Source: Chrysomallon squamiferum (Eukaryota > Animalia > Mollusca). From it: a stretch of 64,000 nucleotides of DNA. The position numbers and the translations under genes are program-made. The notes beneath the pieces were generated by a model. That model was given only the letters and a program-made list of their open reading frames with translations. It was not told where the DNA came from and made no database searches. Shown in pieces: positions 41,767 to 57,478 of the stretch (the first letter of the stretch is position 1; each line of letters starts with the position of its first letter). The DNA lies in contig CM022671.1 of assembly GCA_012295275.1 (NCBI GenBank), positions 20,398,001 through 20,462,000 of the forward strand, given 5' to 3'.

Positions 41767-44158
41767 TTATTGGATGGTTACTTTCTCTGTGGGAATAATT
41801 CCCTCTTGTTCCAGGCGATTAAGAATTGGTTTGTAAATATCAAATGCCAGAGGAATCACAATACCTTTGGTTTGAATTTCACCTGAAACAACAAATATAT
41901 AGACTCAATTTAGAAACAGTGTTACAGAAAGAAAAGTGACAGAGGTAATAAAAAATAAAATAAAAACACGAGGAGAAAATATGTGGTGAAGATCCTAATA
42001 CAAAAATTCATGAAAACTTCTGGGGAGTTCAAAACTTTTGCTTGAGTTTCAGAGACAGTGTTTTTATTTGTTGTTTTTTTTCGTAGTTATTGGATGGTTT
42101 AACAATAAGAAAATTTATTTCAAGTGACAAATTATTTTTAAAATGACTGCAAATTATGTGTATACATTATTTTTGATATACAAATTTATTTCATGTTCAG
42201 GCTATTTCTTTATATTCTAAAATCTAAAACATTACACTTCCACTTTTAACATTTGGATAAAGTTACTCTGTAATACTTAATCATTGTAATAGTAATGCAG
42301 GTATAAAGATAAGAATCATGAGAACATTAAGGCTGACAGGTAATGGTGCAGAATAACTGTAACAGTAATAAAAGTAGATCTATTATAACAGCAGTAACCA
42401 CAACAGGTATGTAAAATATTAGCATTTTTATTTATCATTTTGGCTGGTGGTGATCTGTTATTTGTTAATGTATGTACAATGATGTCAGTATTATTGTCAT
42501 ATGAATAAACTTTTTAAATTCAATTAATTAAATATAAATACAGCTTTAATAGCAAATTTTTATAATTAATTATTGGAGATTTTTCTTCTGTTTTATTTTA
42601 TTAAAAAAAAAAAGGGGTTTTCAAGACTTTTTTCATAACCAAATGAAAATGTTTGAAGACTAGAGAAAAAGCCAACAGATGTCACATTACTCACCATCTA
42701 GGACCATTCGAGTTGCGATTCCTACAGGAAGTCCAACTGTCTTGGCCATAGCAGAGTGGCCATCTTGATCTCCATACACAACCAGGTTCAGCTGATGTTC
42801 CTCATTGGTGCCGTCGGGCCAGGCGATGCCGATGTCATGGCGCATCAAAATCAGATCTCTTTCTCTAGGACCTGTAACAAAAATACACCCATCACATCTT
42901 CTGTTGCAGTCACCTCTGGAGGGCTGCCACTCCTGTATTGCAGCCACCTGTCTATTATGGCCATCTTCATTCCCCAGTGTAACATTTTTTTTTGTTATAT
43001 GTAAACTCAGTATGACAACCACTTGACTATAACAATTGTTAATTACAAACAATTATACCAAGTACTTTGAATGGATTTTAAAGACATGTTTGTCTGTATT
43101 TGTAGATTAATTCACAATACCCTTAAATGGCAAGTTGAAGTATGAAAATTATTTTAGTTTCAGTTTTCATTACTTTTCTTTTACAGTCATTGTAGATTAT
43201 CGAGTTTTTCAACTTTGATAGTTACTTCAGTCAAGGGTGTATCTAAGGTTTTGTTAACTATGTGGTTGATGTCCATATAAAACTGACTTCATTATAAAGG
43301 GAAAAAATATATGAATAAACAACAATAATAATTGCATTTTTATTGAAATGAAAATTCAAAGTACCGTAAGCCAGTCTTTTTGCCAGGTAAGCTGAAAGTG
43401 TATCCACAGGTGTTCCATTCTTCTCAATTATTTCATCTCCAAGAAGACCAAGTCTAGCAAGCATAAATTTAAAATAACAAACAACTCAAATAAATAGTAG
43501 TCATGAACTGAAATATCAAATGATAACATAATTCCGGATTAAAGGCAAGGAAACAGTTATATTATTCTGACACAATCAATTTTTCATTTGTGACATTAAA
43601 AATTATTTTACACAAACATCTGATCAATAATTTAAGGCTTTAATAATTATGTTAATTTTTGATATACTGTAACAAAACAGGATATAATAATCTGACAATG
43701 ATTAGTTGAAATTCATCTAATATATTCAGAGATAACTATTTATGTTTTTTGCATTAAAAGCAAATAATGTTTTACATGCATGTTTCCAGATTTAAGTCTT
43801 GATTTTCATAAACCAGCTAAAGTGCTGTGGATGGGACAGAGAGATCTTGCTATTATAGATCTTGAGACCTAGCGTGTCCTGCACTGCTAAGAACAGGAGA
43901 TTGCTAAACAGGTTCTCCATGGAGTGCAGATCATGCAACCTCAAGGAGCTACAACTCCTTGCATTATTTAAATTAGGAAACCATTACCCAACAATGGTGT
44001 CCAGCATGTGATCATTCCTGTCAAATTTGTCATAGATGATGTCCTTCAGAGAGTCCACAAAAATGTCACCTGTCTTTCCAAAATATTCACTGATGAATCC
44101 TTTCTGTGAAACAAATACAAACAAATTTCAGTATTACCATGCATTCACACACATGTAT

Positions 44159-44191
<33 letters not shown>

Positions 44192-47100
44192 TACATAAAT
44201 ACATACATATATATAAATACATACACACATTCACAGACACACAGACATATATATATATATCTATAATCTGAAATAAATGTTTAAAAATGTAAGAAACTTG
44301 CCACTATGTAAAACATCATTTCTACACTGAACAACAACAAAAAAAGGGTTTCAAAATTGAACACATTACCCATGTAATGTCTGGTCCCCCTGGGTGAAGG
44401 GCTGGGTGTGGCTCAGAGCTCAACAAGCCAAGGTCCAATAAACTGCGAATAGCAGCACTGTATCCCTGTTAAAAGTTGTCATAAAATTTCATTAAAGTAA
44501 TGTACAAAACAATATTTAAAAAAATATATATATATATATATATAATTTCTCTTTTAAATAATAGTTTTAATAGTTACTGATACAGGTAAATACAAAACAG
44601 CAAAAGTTTTTAAAAATTAAATAAAAATACAAATAAAAATTTATTTGTCATTTTGTATTTTGAATACAGGAATGGATTTTTTTGTATTCATTTATGTTGT
44701 ATTCAATTTTAAATTATTCACTAAATAAAAAATACAATTTAAAAAATAATTAAATATATAATTTATCTCTATATCTCTTTATATTTTTTCAATAAATGCA
44801 TCTGAGATTTTTCTTATTTTAAAGCAATGTTTTACAAAGGAAAGTGTCAAGTAAATCGTTTTTGATACAAGAGAAGTAAAACCAGACATCTTTAACAAAA
44901 TAAAATAAGACGATGATTACTTTATATCTCAGAGTTCCTCTTAACAGTGTCTGAGCTGATTCAATCCCATAAGGCTTTTGATACTGGGTGGAGTCTCTGT
45001 TGGGAAATCCCTCCAGATTGAATCCTGGCATGAAGTTCAGACTTTTCACTGAATCTAGCAATGATCCTGGCTCTATCACCTTTATCTGAACAACAGTTAC
45101 AGTTATATCTCTCTAAACAATGAGGAATATCCACTTATCTCTCTAAACAATAAGGAATATTCACATGGCTCTCTCTATAAACAATAAGGAATAAGGAATA
45201 TCTATCTCATCCATAAGTAATATTAGCCTTATTTTTTTATTAAACAAAAAGGAATATTAGCTATATTTGACTACACGATAAGGAACAATACTGCTATATT
45301 CAGTAATAAATAATGATCCTTAATACACAGATGATTTTGACAGCTTAATGACAGCTTAATTTTAAAAAACCCAGTAGATTACATGTAATGATATGAAGAT
45401 TATAAAAATAATTACCTGTCCATTTTTTATGTATTTGGCTCCTGCCAAACAGTTGAGTAAAACACCTTTAGGATACCAGCTGAAATAAATAGACTATTGT
45501 ATATGTAGTCAATATATTGTCATTTTTAAATATCGTTTTAAAATAATAAATGTGTAAAAAATTAGAATTTTGATATTGTACATTTACTGAATTTAAATTT
45601 GAAAAATTAACTCATAATCTTTAAATAAAAAATATTTCAAGCCCTGAGCCACAATAAGTTATAATACTAAATAAAAAAAATAAAAATAAAAATAAATATG
45701 TAACTAATAAATATATAATTAAAATAAATAAAATAAAAATAAATAAATAAATAAAATAAATGAAAATAAAATGAAAAACAAATGAAAATAAATAAAAAAC
45801 AAATGATAAAAAATAAATAAATAAATAAAGAAATAAAGAAATAAAGAAACAAACAAACAAACAAACAAACAAACAAATACAGTTAATTAGTAGGCACCTG
45901 GCAGGTAAGTAAATGTCATAAATGAAGAAAAAGTATTAAAAAAGAGAATAATTATTTACCTGAATTTGTAGTGCAGTGGTGAATCAGAGAACTCGGGGGC
46001 TGGCAAACCACCACACCACGACACATACGATGTGACCTGATGGGATAAAACATGATGTCATCTTAAAATATTCTTAAACATTAAGTAGAAAGTGAAGCAT
46101 GAAACAGTTCTGAAATTTACCACACAAACAAAAAGAAGATATTTAAACAGTTTGAGACTGGATCTTTACCTGCAAAAGAATCTATGTTTTGCTGTTATTT
46201 TCATTTATGATGCATTACCAATAAAAAGAAAGAAAAAACATGGTCTCACCCCAGTATTTTAAAACTGGATACAGTGATATGAAAATTGTAGAAATTGCTA
46301 TATAAATATTCAGAAGACTGTTACATTAAAAGATTTGCTTTTGTTTATGTCTGCAGATGAAATTTTTATAAGAAAGTGTCTTGTGAAAACAGAAATAGAA
46401 AACCAGGCTTACCTTTCCACCATTTTGTTTGGCTTCATCAAAGCACTGCATGGCCATCATGTGATCAATGCCTGGGTCTACCCCCACTTCATTCAGAATA
46501 GTGATTCCTGCATCAGTAGCACTAGAAAGTGGGAAAAAATAACATTACAGACTAATGTAACAGTTTTAAACATGTTTTAATATAATAAATAGCAAAAAGA
46601 TGCAAGCCAAAATACAGCAAAATATGTCTAGGAAAAAAAAATACAGCAACCAAATTATATGTCTAAGGGAAATGAATACTGAAATCAAAAATATATGTCT
46701 AGATGTGAAATGAATACTGAAATAAGAAATATATGTCTGTGGAAAAGAAATAAAGTAGCCAAAAATAACATTCTTTACACTGATTTTTTAAAAACATTTC
46801 TTTGATAAAAGAGGAAAAAACCCCATAAATCCCCTCATCTTATTTACACTGTTTAGTTTATAATCAGAGTTTATGAAATGTTGTACTATTTCAAGATAAA
46901 ATAATTACCTGTCATGTAACTTCTGCATGGTGGGTGACACATAACTGGCAGTGACCATGTTCTTCTTGTGTTTGATGCACAGTTCAGCTACATCTGGGTG
47001 CAAGTTGTATGGAAGAAGACTTAAAAAAAAAAAAATAATACAAACAATTCAACATGATGGTTATTTTTATTTATTAATCATTAATAAGACAAAAAAGGGG

Positions 47101-49851
47101 TTAAAAAAGTTAGTGTGCGAGAAAAAGATTAACATCCAAGAAAATAAATATTAGCTTAATAACATATCAACACATTTTAAAATTAACCCTTTTGAGTTAG
47201 GGACTGTTATAGCTATCACAATTTTTACTTCCCCTCTACCTATTGTGATTGGTTTAGTAATCACAATATTGTAAGTTTTATCAATATCGCAAAAGTTGTA
47301 TATTGTCACATTTTCATCTGTTCACTACAGTGCTTGGGTATCATCATTTATATGTATTTTGGGTGCGTGTTTGTATATGTTCGTTTGTCATCAGTATTTA
47401 TATTTGTGTATGTCTATTAGTGTAATAAATATATGTATGAGTATGCATCTGTTAATATGCCTGTATCTACACATAGATATTTAAGAACTCCCCAAAACCT
47501 AACAACAAAAATTCACCTGACAACAACATCGCTATCGGCAACCAGTTTATCAACCTCTGAGTGACTTCGGTGTATGTCCAGGTGCAAGCACTCTGCCTCT
47601 GGAAACTGTGCGCTGATGTTGTCAAGGTCCCCTCTGATCTGAGACACCACTGTCACCTGCACCTTCTTGTCTCTCAGCAAGTACTCAATGGCTGGTGAAG
47701 ACACATACCCTGCACCAAGAATCAGAGCCTTCTTCTCAATCTCAGCACGTTGAAACGATGCCTTGTGTCGAGATCTGTAAAACCACAGAAGTAAAAGTAT
47801 CAAAGTAAGATCGTTTCCAGCATCCATGTTTATTAACAGAACAATTGTGCTTCAGTTGTAATACTGGATAGAAATGTCTGTTCATCTCTCTCTCTCTCAG
47901 TCTGTCTCTCTGTTTATCTACACACATACACACACAAATACATATATATTAGAGTCCATTTAAAGAAAAATTTTGTTAACAGCTTACTTATAATAATAAT
48001 GAGAAAACAAAATAAAACTACTGGCATATAATAACTTACTTAGATTTCTTGCGCAATTCACTTATGTACTCAAAGTTTGGAGTCAGTTTTCCATTGGATG
48101 CAATAACAGCCTTAATAAAAATAAAATAAAATAAAATGAAATAAAATAAAATAAAATAAAATAAAATAAAATAAAATAAAATAAAATAAAATTTGTAATG
48201 ACAAAAATTGAACAGTATGTAAATACTGACAAAGTGGATATATTTAATAATCTATAACATTTGTTTGCAAAACATATCATGAAAACAATTCCAGAATACT
48301 CACATTTTTAACAGTTGGACAGCAGTTGTATTCTTCAAAAGATGAGGCAGCATTGGATTCAACCTGCCAGCAAAGCAAATTAAATTATTTTTTATTGAAA
48401 GTACAAACTTGGAAAAAAATATAAAAACAGTTAGAAAATTAGAAAAGATGATGAAAAACAATTATAAACTTGGTAAAGAAGATAAAAGTTACAAAACAAG
48501 TAAAAAACAGTTGTAAAGAAGATTAAAAAAACCAACAAAAAAACCCAAACAAAAACAATTACAAACTTGAAGAAGAAGATAAGAAATACTATTACAACCT
48601 TGGTAAAGAAGACAGATAAAAATATATTTAGTAAACAAAACAAGAAATAAAATAAACTTTATATAATTTATAAATTTCATTTTATCAAATAATTTCTTTT
48701 GTGGATACTAAAATTTAATAAAATGAATGATAAAGAAAAAATGGTTCTGATTTCCTGCTTATTGACTTAACTATTAATAAGGTATAGCAATAAAATGATG
48801 TTTCTAACAGCAGACGAAAGATTATTTCAGCTCATATCATAATTCAACCATTTTTAGTAATAACTGAAAATTTTTTCTTTCTGATCAAAAAATAATTATG
48901 TATATTTATGTATGCATGCATAAATAAGTATGTTTGTATGTAGTAACACAAACCAATGATTCAAGGTCCCCTGTCTTGCCTTTGATTATAATTTTGGAGA
49001 AAATCAAAAAATTGAAAGTGTAATTAAAATCCAAACACACACACCATTGCTGGTACAAAAGGAAGAAGACGACTTCCAAAAAAGTCTGTGGCTTCTCGTG
49101 GGATCTGGGCTGGCATGTTGTCTATAGAACAGATAAGTACTCCACTTCCTGCAAAACTAATAAAACAAAGCTGTCATGATTAGTTTTCAGTTTTGAGATA
49201 GCAGTAAACCAACACATGTTCACAAGCATACACACAGTTATATAGAACTACACAACATACATACACAGTCACATACAAACATTACAAACATACACACACA
49301 TATAACCATTCAACCACACACACAAAGTCACACACTAACACATGTATACAGACATACACACAACCACACATACATACCACACAAACACATACATATACAT
49401 TCCACACAACAACAAACACACACATACAAATTCACACACACTCCTACATACAGACACACACTAACCTCTCTGTGTTCATGTTCTGCTCAGCATCATACAG
49501 ACAGAATGGGGAATCAATGGTTGTGCATTCTTTCATGAACTCAATGGAACCACCAGGGTCTGCAGAAATGTCACAGATTGCTATGAGGCGATGAGGTAGC
49601 TGTGGACAGCCAGGACTTGAAGCAATCCATGGCGAGTCTTGTGGGCGCAACAACATCTTGGCATCTGGGATGGATATGAGTCGTGGTGAGTTGGGAGCAT
49701 AGTAGATACCGTTGATGATGAGGGAGGCATATGGTGCTATCTGAAGAATAAAATAAATTGAAAGATTTCAATAATTATAAAATTTTTATTACGGAAATAT
49801 CTTTAAGATAACAATTATTATTACAATAATTATTATTATTATTATTATTAT

Positions 49852-49883
<32 letters not shown>

Positions 49884-52800
49884 TTTGTATTTTTATTTAA
49901 TTCTTTGTTATTATTTTATTTTATTTTATTTTATTTTATTTTATTTTATTTTATTTATTTATTTATTTATTTATTTACATTTCTAGCAACAGGCATGATT
50001 TGCTTTAAAATTGCACTTTTAATCTTAATTTATTATACAAGATTAAAGGCACAATTTTCAAGTAAATGATGCCTATTCACCCTGTTTAGATCTATGATGC
50101 AGCAGAAATGTACTTTCACTATTACCCTTCCATCTTCCACCTACACACTATAAGAAATAATCCCTGTTTTCCAATAATCTCTCCCATTCAGAGGAATATC
50201 TCCATTACAGCTATATCTGATCAGTTCTTGTTAGAAAGCAAGCTAATATTTACCCACATTCATATCTCTATGCATCCATAGTTTGACAGGGTAAATCAGA
50301 GTTATCTCACCTTGTGACTGAAAGAAGAGCTGTATCTCTCTGGATGTTCTTCAAATTCATCTGCATTGAACTTGCTGCCATCTTTATTTACATAGTGGTC
50401 CTCTCTACTCACAACACATGAATAGATTTTAGATGTTGCTGAAATTATAAAAATATAATGTTAAATATATTATCAAACTACATTACTAAAGATATTTCTC
50501 TGAAATTATTAAAATATAGTGCTGAATATATTTATGTTAACTGAAAATATTAAAATATAGTATTAACTACATTACAGCGATGGACCCAAAATTAATACAA
50601 TATATTATTGTGTTGCAGCTGAAATTATTGTACTAAAAGATCAAATTGTATAGATAACTGAAAAATACTTACTCTAAATAATCTATGTCTTATCATAAAT
50701 TTTATTAATTAAATGAAACTGTATGGATAAATATAAAATAAAGTCTTAATAAACTATATATTTTATAATAAACTGTATTAAAAGATGAAACTGTAAAGAT
50801 AATTGCAAAATATGTATTCTAAATGATCTATGTCCTACCACAATTTTTATACAAGTAGTTTTAAGAGAAGCAGCTGTACAATATGTGTTGATAAAAAGAA
50901 AAAACAACAAGACTCACATCCCTGTCTGGCTACTTTTGGCAGATATTCTGGCTCTATGTATTCATGTGGAAGTTCCTGGAAAACTTCTTGTGCTCCCTGT
51001 AAGAAAATGTACACTTTAAAAAGTATGTTAATGCTTCAGAATATATTGTTATTATTTCTTGTTCACACTCTGTAAAACAATAACATTATTCAGTTGTCAT
51101 GATTAAAAAACCCAAACAGCCAATACATAAGTAGATGTGAATGAAATCATCAAATGATGGGATTATAACCAGCATTGACTAACTGTTGGGAAGGTAGTTC
51201 AGCTGATAATCATTGATGAAATTATAACAGTATGAAGAAACATCTCAAAACCAAACAATACTGGGACCAAGTAAAAAGTTTGGTTTGCAGACTCTTTTGT
51301 TTTAATGAGGTTTTAGATTGAGATTCTTAATAAATGACATAATTACATAAATCATTTGGTTTAGAGGAAGTCCAGTTTATAGATGGTTCAGTTTTGAGAA
51401 GTTTCATGGGATGCAATACAAGTTTAAAAGTAATATCACAAAACTGTTAATAAACACAGATAAATGTGACTGATTAAGTTTGACTGTTCTTGCACTGATA
51501 GATCTCGTCAATATTTATCAAATGATCAAAAAACATTTAAATTTTTATATTATTTTTTAAGAGGAAAAACCAACCTGAGACACATTGCCAGATCCAGTGA
51601 AAACAAAAGTGAGAGGGCCAAGAGATTTGGGCATTCGTCCGAGAGCAATTTCATAACCAGCTTCTCTAACTGCCTGCCTTGCCATTTCAGTATTCCTGTA
51701 GTTATGGCTTGGTCCTATATGCTGTAAATATATATATATATATAAATATATACATATGTATGTATGTGTGTGGATGAATGTATGTGTGTGTGTGGATGAA
51801 TGTATGTCAATATTTTTGTTTTAGGTTGCATTTGTATAGAGTTAGGCTGGTGCAAACATGTTTTTCTCTGCATATTTCATATTAATTAGTTTTTACACAA
51901 ACAATTATATTTTCTATGAATGAATTATATATTTAAATGATTACTTTATGTTTAAAATTTAAATATGTGTGTGTGTGTGTGTGTGTGTGTATACATATAT
52001 ATATACACACACACACACATCTGTAAGTATATATATATATATATATATATAATTTATCCTGATTTTTATATACATTTACTATTAATTAAATAATTGTTTG
52101 TATTGAATAAATATGCGTAATACACATAAACTTATGCATAATATTAATTATATTTCAACATTCACCATGCATTAATTTAGACTTGTATTAAAATATTTAT
52201 ACTTCCCCCAAAAATGCATACATTGAAACTTTACCACTAATCTATTTAGGACTATATTTAAATAATTATGCTTGCCAGATATATTTAAACATTTTATTTC
52301 CTACCATAAATGGAGTATGGTGGCCAAGAGCAAGAAGCCGAAGACCCATGCCGTGTAGAATATTGATCATTCCAGACACCCCAGCGTACTTGCCAAACGC
52401 CACAACTCTCTGTCCACTGCTGTCCACCATTTTCTCATAATCAATCAGTCGAATGTTCTGAAACATGAGTATTAAATAATATCTGATTAATATTTACAGA
52501 GGTTCACTGCAGGAATATTCTATACACCTAATGCCCATGGCATAGCTAATGGGGGAGCAAAGTGGATTAATGGGTATATCTAATTTTTATGGTCTATTAT
52601 TATGGTAAAAAAAAAAGAGGACAAAAATGTGTAGCATTCATGGGACACAGTCTGTTATTTTACTGGGCACTTATTACCTACATTTATTAAAATATAGTAA
52701 TAATAATATTAATTGAACAAATAAAAAATAAAATAAAAATAATATAAAATAAAATAAATAAATAAACACACATTCAAAACTAAATAACAAAAAATTAATA

Positions 52801-53561
52801 ATAATAATAATAAAAAATAAAAATAAAAAAATAAACATACAAACCTTCTCCAAAATGGCATCCAGAAGAGGCATATTTGCTTCTTGTGCCTTGATGGTGT
52901 GTGAGAAAAAGGCATAGGTTTTGTTTGGAATGAGAATATCAATGGGCACCTGCTTCACACCTATCACCAAAGATGCTTCACTGATGTCTTCCTGAATAAC
53001 AACTCCTTTTTCTGCATATTCCTATCAAAAGGGAGTTAGCAGAAAAATATACATACAATAATACTAATACTACTACTACTACTAATAATAATAACAACAA
53101 CAATAACAATAATAACAGATTTTTCTTATTTTCATACTATATTTTATTAAGTACAAGTCCAAATATAACTGTTATTCTATATTACCGACAATCAATGAAA
53201 GAAAATGAAATTTATTTGGTACCAAACAAGTGACAAACAAACACATACAACACACTCTTCTACACCAGTCTATTTCCTATTCCAGCCAAGGACTCATGAA
53301 TTTTTTAAATAAAAAAATGCCAAATTGTAATTTGTCCTAATGATACAAAAGAATTCTTGCTGTTCATTAAAAAAAAAGGAAAACATGAAAATGTTAACTT
53401 AGATGTAAACTGTTGTGACTGTTTTGTTACCAATCACAACAGATACACACCTGCGAGAACTGATCCTGTAACCTCTCATTGCTAATTCAAGAGTTCTACC
53501 ATTAACAAACATTTTTACTACAATTAGAAATGAGGACTAAAATATTAATATATATTCTTTA

Positions 53562-53592
<31 letters not shown>

Positions 53593-53701
53593 CTGTATGT
53601 GACTTTATATGTAAATCCCTGTCAATGCATGTTTGCCTGAGTTTCTCTCTGTAAATGTATATCTGTCACTGTGTGTATATGACTGTGTTCATCTGGATGT
53701 A

Positions 53702-53750
<49 letters not shown>

Positions 53751-55131
53751 ATTATTATTATTATTATTATTACTACTACTATTTTAAATGTGTTATGAAA
53801 AGCAGTATTAGAACAAAACTTTAAAAGAAATTATTAGAAAAAAAAAAAAAAAAACATCATTGTGTTATATTGCAAGTCTTCTTAATAGTACAAATTTATA
53901 CAAGTATTTAACACCACAATTACTTAGATGTTTTACCTGTCACTTGTGATACCTGTTTTCTTGTCATAATTATTCTTATGGTTTTTTTTTTTTTTTTTTT
54001 GCTATTAACAGTAACTGTTGTGGAATAACTCTGCTGTCAAATTATGGCAGCTTGAGTACACTGATGACACTTATGTTTTATTTTCAGAAGCATAAAATTA
54101 GTTACAGTAGTGACAAGGATTTTTATTTTCTTAAACTATACTATTATTGTGGAGAGAAATATAACACACACTGTGATACTTAAATAAGTGGTTGTCTGCT
54201 TACAGCTGGGCATGACTGCACAATGTGTGCAAATATTTTTATATTTTCAGTTATTATTATTATTATTAATATTATTGATATTTCTTTTTCTTCTTCTTCT
54301 TATTATTTATTATTATCATTATTTCGTCTTCTTCTCCTTATTATTATTAGTATTATTAGAAGTAGTAGTAGTAGTAGTAGCTTTATTACTACTACTAAAA
54401 TTATTACTATTATTACTCCTCTAATTATTATTTATTATTGTTACAAACTAGATAGCATATGGTTGGAATGGGAAATATAATTTAAATATCCATCTCCTGA
54501 GAGAACTGAGACTAAAAGTTACATTTTCACACAGATGCATCAACTATAACTGACATTTAACTGTCAGTAACTTATTGCACCAAATAGTGAGTTTTGCATG
54601 GAATGGAATATACAATATTACATCAGTCTCTTGAGAAAACAGAAAGATTAAACAATGTTACATTTTCACATAGATGCACCATCCATATCTGACATTTAGA
54701 TTACTGTGGGCTTTATTTAGAATGATCTATACAATGTAATTAATATCTGTTGTCCAGGCCTGACATTTCAAGTGTGAGATGTAGAATTCATAGGTTAAGA
54801 GACTAAACAAAGTTGTATTTTCCTGTGTATGTCTGAAATTTGCATACATACTCAGAGTATTTACACAACATATGCATGTCTACAGAGTACTCACCTGCAT
54901 GTTGTAAGCTCGTCTGTTTGAAGGCTGTATAAGAACCTTTATTCCTTTTTTCACAAGTGTGCCAGCTTGTGAAGGAGAGAGCGGAGCTCTGCGCTCCCAG
55001 ACATTTATTGTTTCTCGTCGAATTGCCATAACCTTGGGGCCATCACTCAGACAGCGCCAAAACAAGGCCATGAGGAAATCGTGCTGTTGTCGATGCCGAT
55101 GGAAGATCTGACTCCCTGCCTGTCGCAGCAT
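41767..55131 (-). CDS. AASS: Alpha-aminoadipic semialdehyde synthase (bifunctional LKR/SDH), ~938 aa, 21 coding exons
   Basis: Exons 55131-54895, 53021-52845, 52457-52305, 51721-51575, 50996-50918, 50438-50311, 49740-49466, 49156-49045, 48363-48304, 48110-48040, 47774-47517, 47019-46909, 46521-46413, 46036-45960, 45479-45416, 45085-44921, 44465-44370, 44103-43988, 43453-43365, 42871-42695, 41882-41767 (2817 nt). Motifs [73 protein letters not shown]. Confidence 0.97.
45105..45200 (+). repeat. ~30-bp degenerate tandem repeat in an AASS intron
   Basis: About three units of TCTCTCTAAACAAT(G/A)AGGAATAT. Confidence 0.7.
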
Positions 55132-55142
55132 TGTTTTTGTTC

Positions 55143-56742
55143 TTTTGGCTCTCTATAAAAAACAAAATAAAAAAACATATAGAAAATTTCTATTCATACA
55201 GTTTTCAGAATCAGTTACCAATAAATAAACCAACTGGAAATTTTGCAACCAACTGGAAAAATTAATTGATTGTTCAAAAAGTGTTTCTATGAGCTGTTAC
55301 TGGTTTTATGCTCCTATATCTTATTTTTGAGCTGATGTAAAAGAATATTTATTCCTCCAGGAACAAATTTTTGGTCCTACCCACAAACATCGTGTTCACA
55401 CCCCAAGCATGGAGACACTACTAGTTCCCAGTGCATTTTCAAACTTGGATAACAATACAGTTTTACATTGCTAGTGCATACAATTATACACACACACACA
55501 CACATTTTGGGGTACTGTTATTATTATAAATACATCACAAATAAATAAAAAGAATATCAAATAATACAGTTTTCAAGATATGAAAGAACCCAATAATAAT
55601 AATATAGACAAAGAGTCAGATAGACAAACAAAACAACAGGTGTTATAACAGATCAGTTGTTGAATTAAACCTTATCTTTCATCTTTCATGTTAATAACTC
55701 AACCGTTTTACACAAGCAACAATACAATATCTAAGGTCAACTTGACCTTCAACAGATTAAGCAAATGATAAAAAAAATACAGAATATTGGATATTGCTAT
55801 AAATCAAGGAAAATAATTTTAGAAATAAATCATTTATCCGAACTAAATTTTGTTATTTCTGATCTTTTTATAAAGTTGTTTCCGACACTATCAAAATGTT
55901 ATGAATAAAATGATTTAAATTAATTCTAGGTATTGAGTCTTCAGCATATTTTTTGGCTCTCTATAAAAAACAAAATAAAAAAACATATAGAAAATTTCTA
56001 TTCATACAGTTTTCAGAATCAGTTACCAATAAATAAACCAACTGGAAAAATTAATTGATTGTTCAAAAAGTGTTTCTATGAGCTGTTACTGGTTTTATGC
56101 TCCTATATCTTATTTTTGAGCTGATGTAAAAGAATATTTATTCCTCCAGGAACAAATTTTTGGTCCTACCCACAAACATTGTGTTCACACCCCAAGCATG
56201 GAGACACTACTAGTTCCCAGTGCATTTTCAAACTTGGATAACAATACAGTTTTACATTGCTAGTGCATACAATTATACACACACACACACACATTTTGGG
56301 GGTACTGTTATTATTATAAATACATCACAAATAAATAAAAAGAATATCAAATAATACAGTTTTCAAGATATGAAAGAACCCAATAATAATAATATAGACA
56401 AAGAGTCAGATAGACAAACAAAATAACAGGTGTTATAACAGATCAGTTGTTGAATTAAACCTTATCTTTCATCTTTCATGTTAATAACTCAACCGTTTTA
56501 CACAAGCAACAATACAATATCTAAGGTCAACTTGACCTTCAACAGATTAAGCAAATGATAAAAAAAATACAGAATATTGGATATTGCTATAAATCAAGGA
56601 AAATAATTTTAGAAATAAATCATTTATCCGAACTAAATTTTGTTATTTCTGATCTTTTTATAAAGTTGTTTCCGACACTATCAAAATGTTATGAATAAAA
56701 TGATTTAAATTAATTCTAGGTATTGAGTCCTCAGCATATTTT
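55143..56742 (+). repeat. Near-identical ~0.8-kb direct tandem duplication in AASS intron 1 (55143-55950 / 55951-56742)
   Basis: Both copies start TTTTGGCTCTCTATAAAAAACAAAAT and end GGTATTGAGTC(T/C)TCAGCATATT; they differ by a ~19-nt indel and a few substitutions. Confidence 0.95.
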
Positions 56743-57417
56743 AGATTATAATTTTTCATAAAATATCAACATTTTTAAAGCCTCCTGTTTTTACAGGGTT
56801 TTAGGTTTTTCTGTGAGGGGTTTTAGATTTTATTTACAGTTTATTTTTATTTTTTGTTTCTTTTGAGTCTAATTATTTAATACTAATATGAGAATTATTT
56901 CCTGTGTATTCACACTGTTGTTTGTCTCAATATATGGGAGACATCAGTACTGCTTTGTTTTAACAAACATTTGAGTTAGTAAATTATTAGAAATAAATTA
57001 TTGTTTGGCAAAAGAGACTCATAATAATGTAAATATGTCTTCTTTTTATTAAATTATTATCTGTATTCAAACTGATAATAATGAACTCAAGAACTCACTT
57101 GACAAATCAGCAGAAAAGAAACATAATTATATAATTTTATCTGTAGCTGAATTTATTAAGTGTAGACTTTAAAACTGTGTAAGTGCTTGCCAGCATTTTT
57201 ATGACATTGTTATCACCAGAGCTATAAATAGTGGTATTTATGTTCAAAAAGTTGTGATCATTTAATAATAATAATAATAATAATTTAAATTAAAAACAAA
57301 AAAAACCCTAATAACAAGACCTGTTAATACTACTAACAAATTAATAAAAAATATATTACTGACATACTGTTCTACTTAAAGCAATAAATATTGTTCAAAC
57401 AACTTAATATTTAAACT

Positions 57418-57423
<6 letters not shown>

Positions 57424-57474
<51 letters not shown>
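57424..57474 (+). repeat. (GA)n microsatellite
   Basis: Direct reading. Confidence 0.95.

Positions 57475-57478
<4 letters not shown>

Noticed and set aside
43820-43955. Possible minus-strand SINE ending in GAGCTACA
   Set aside because: Too degraded to support beyond a short A-box-like match.
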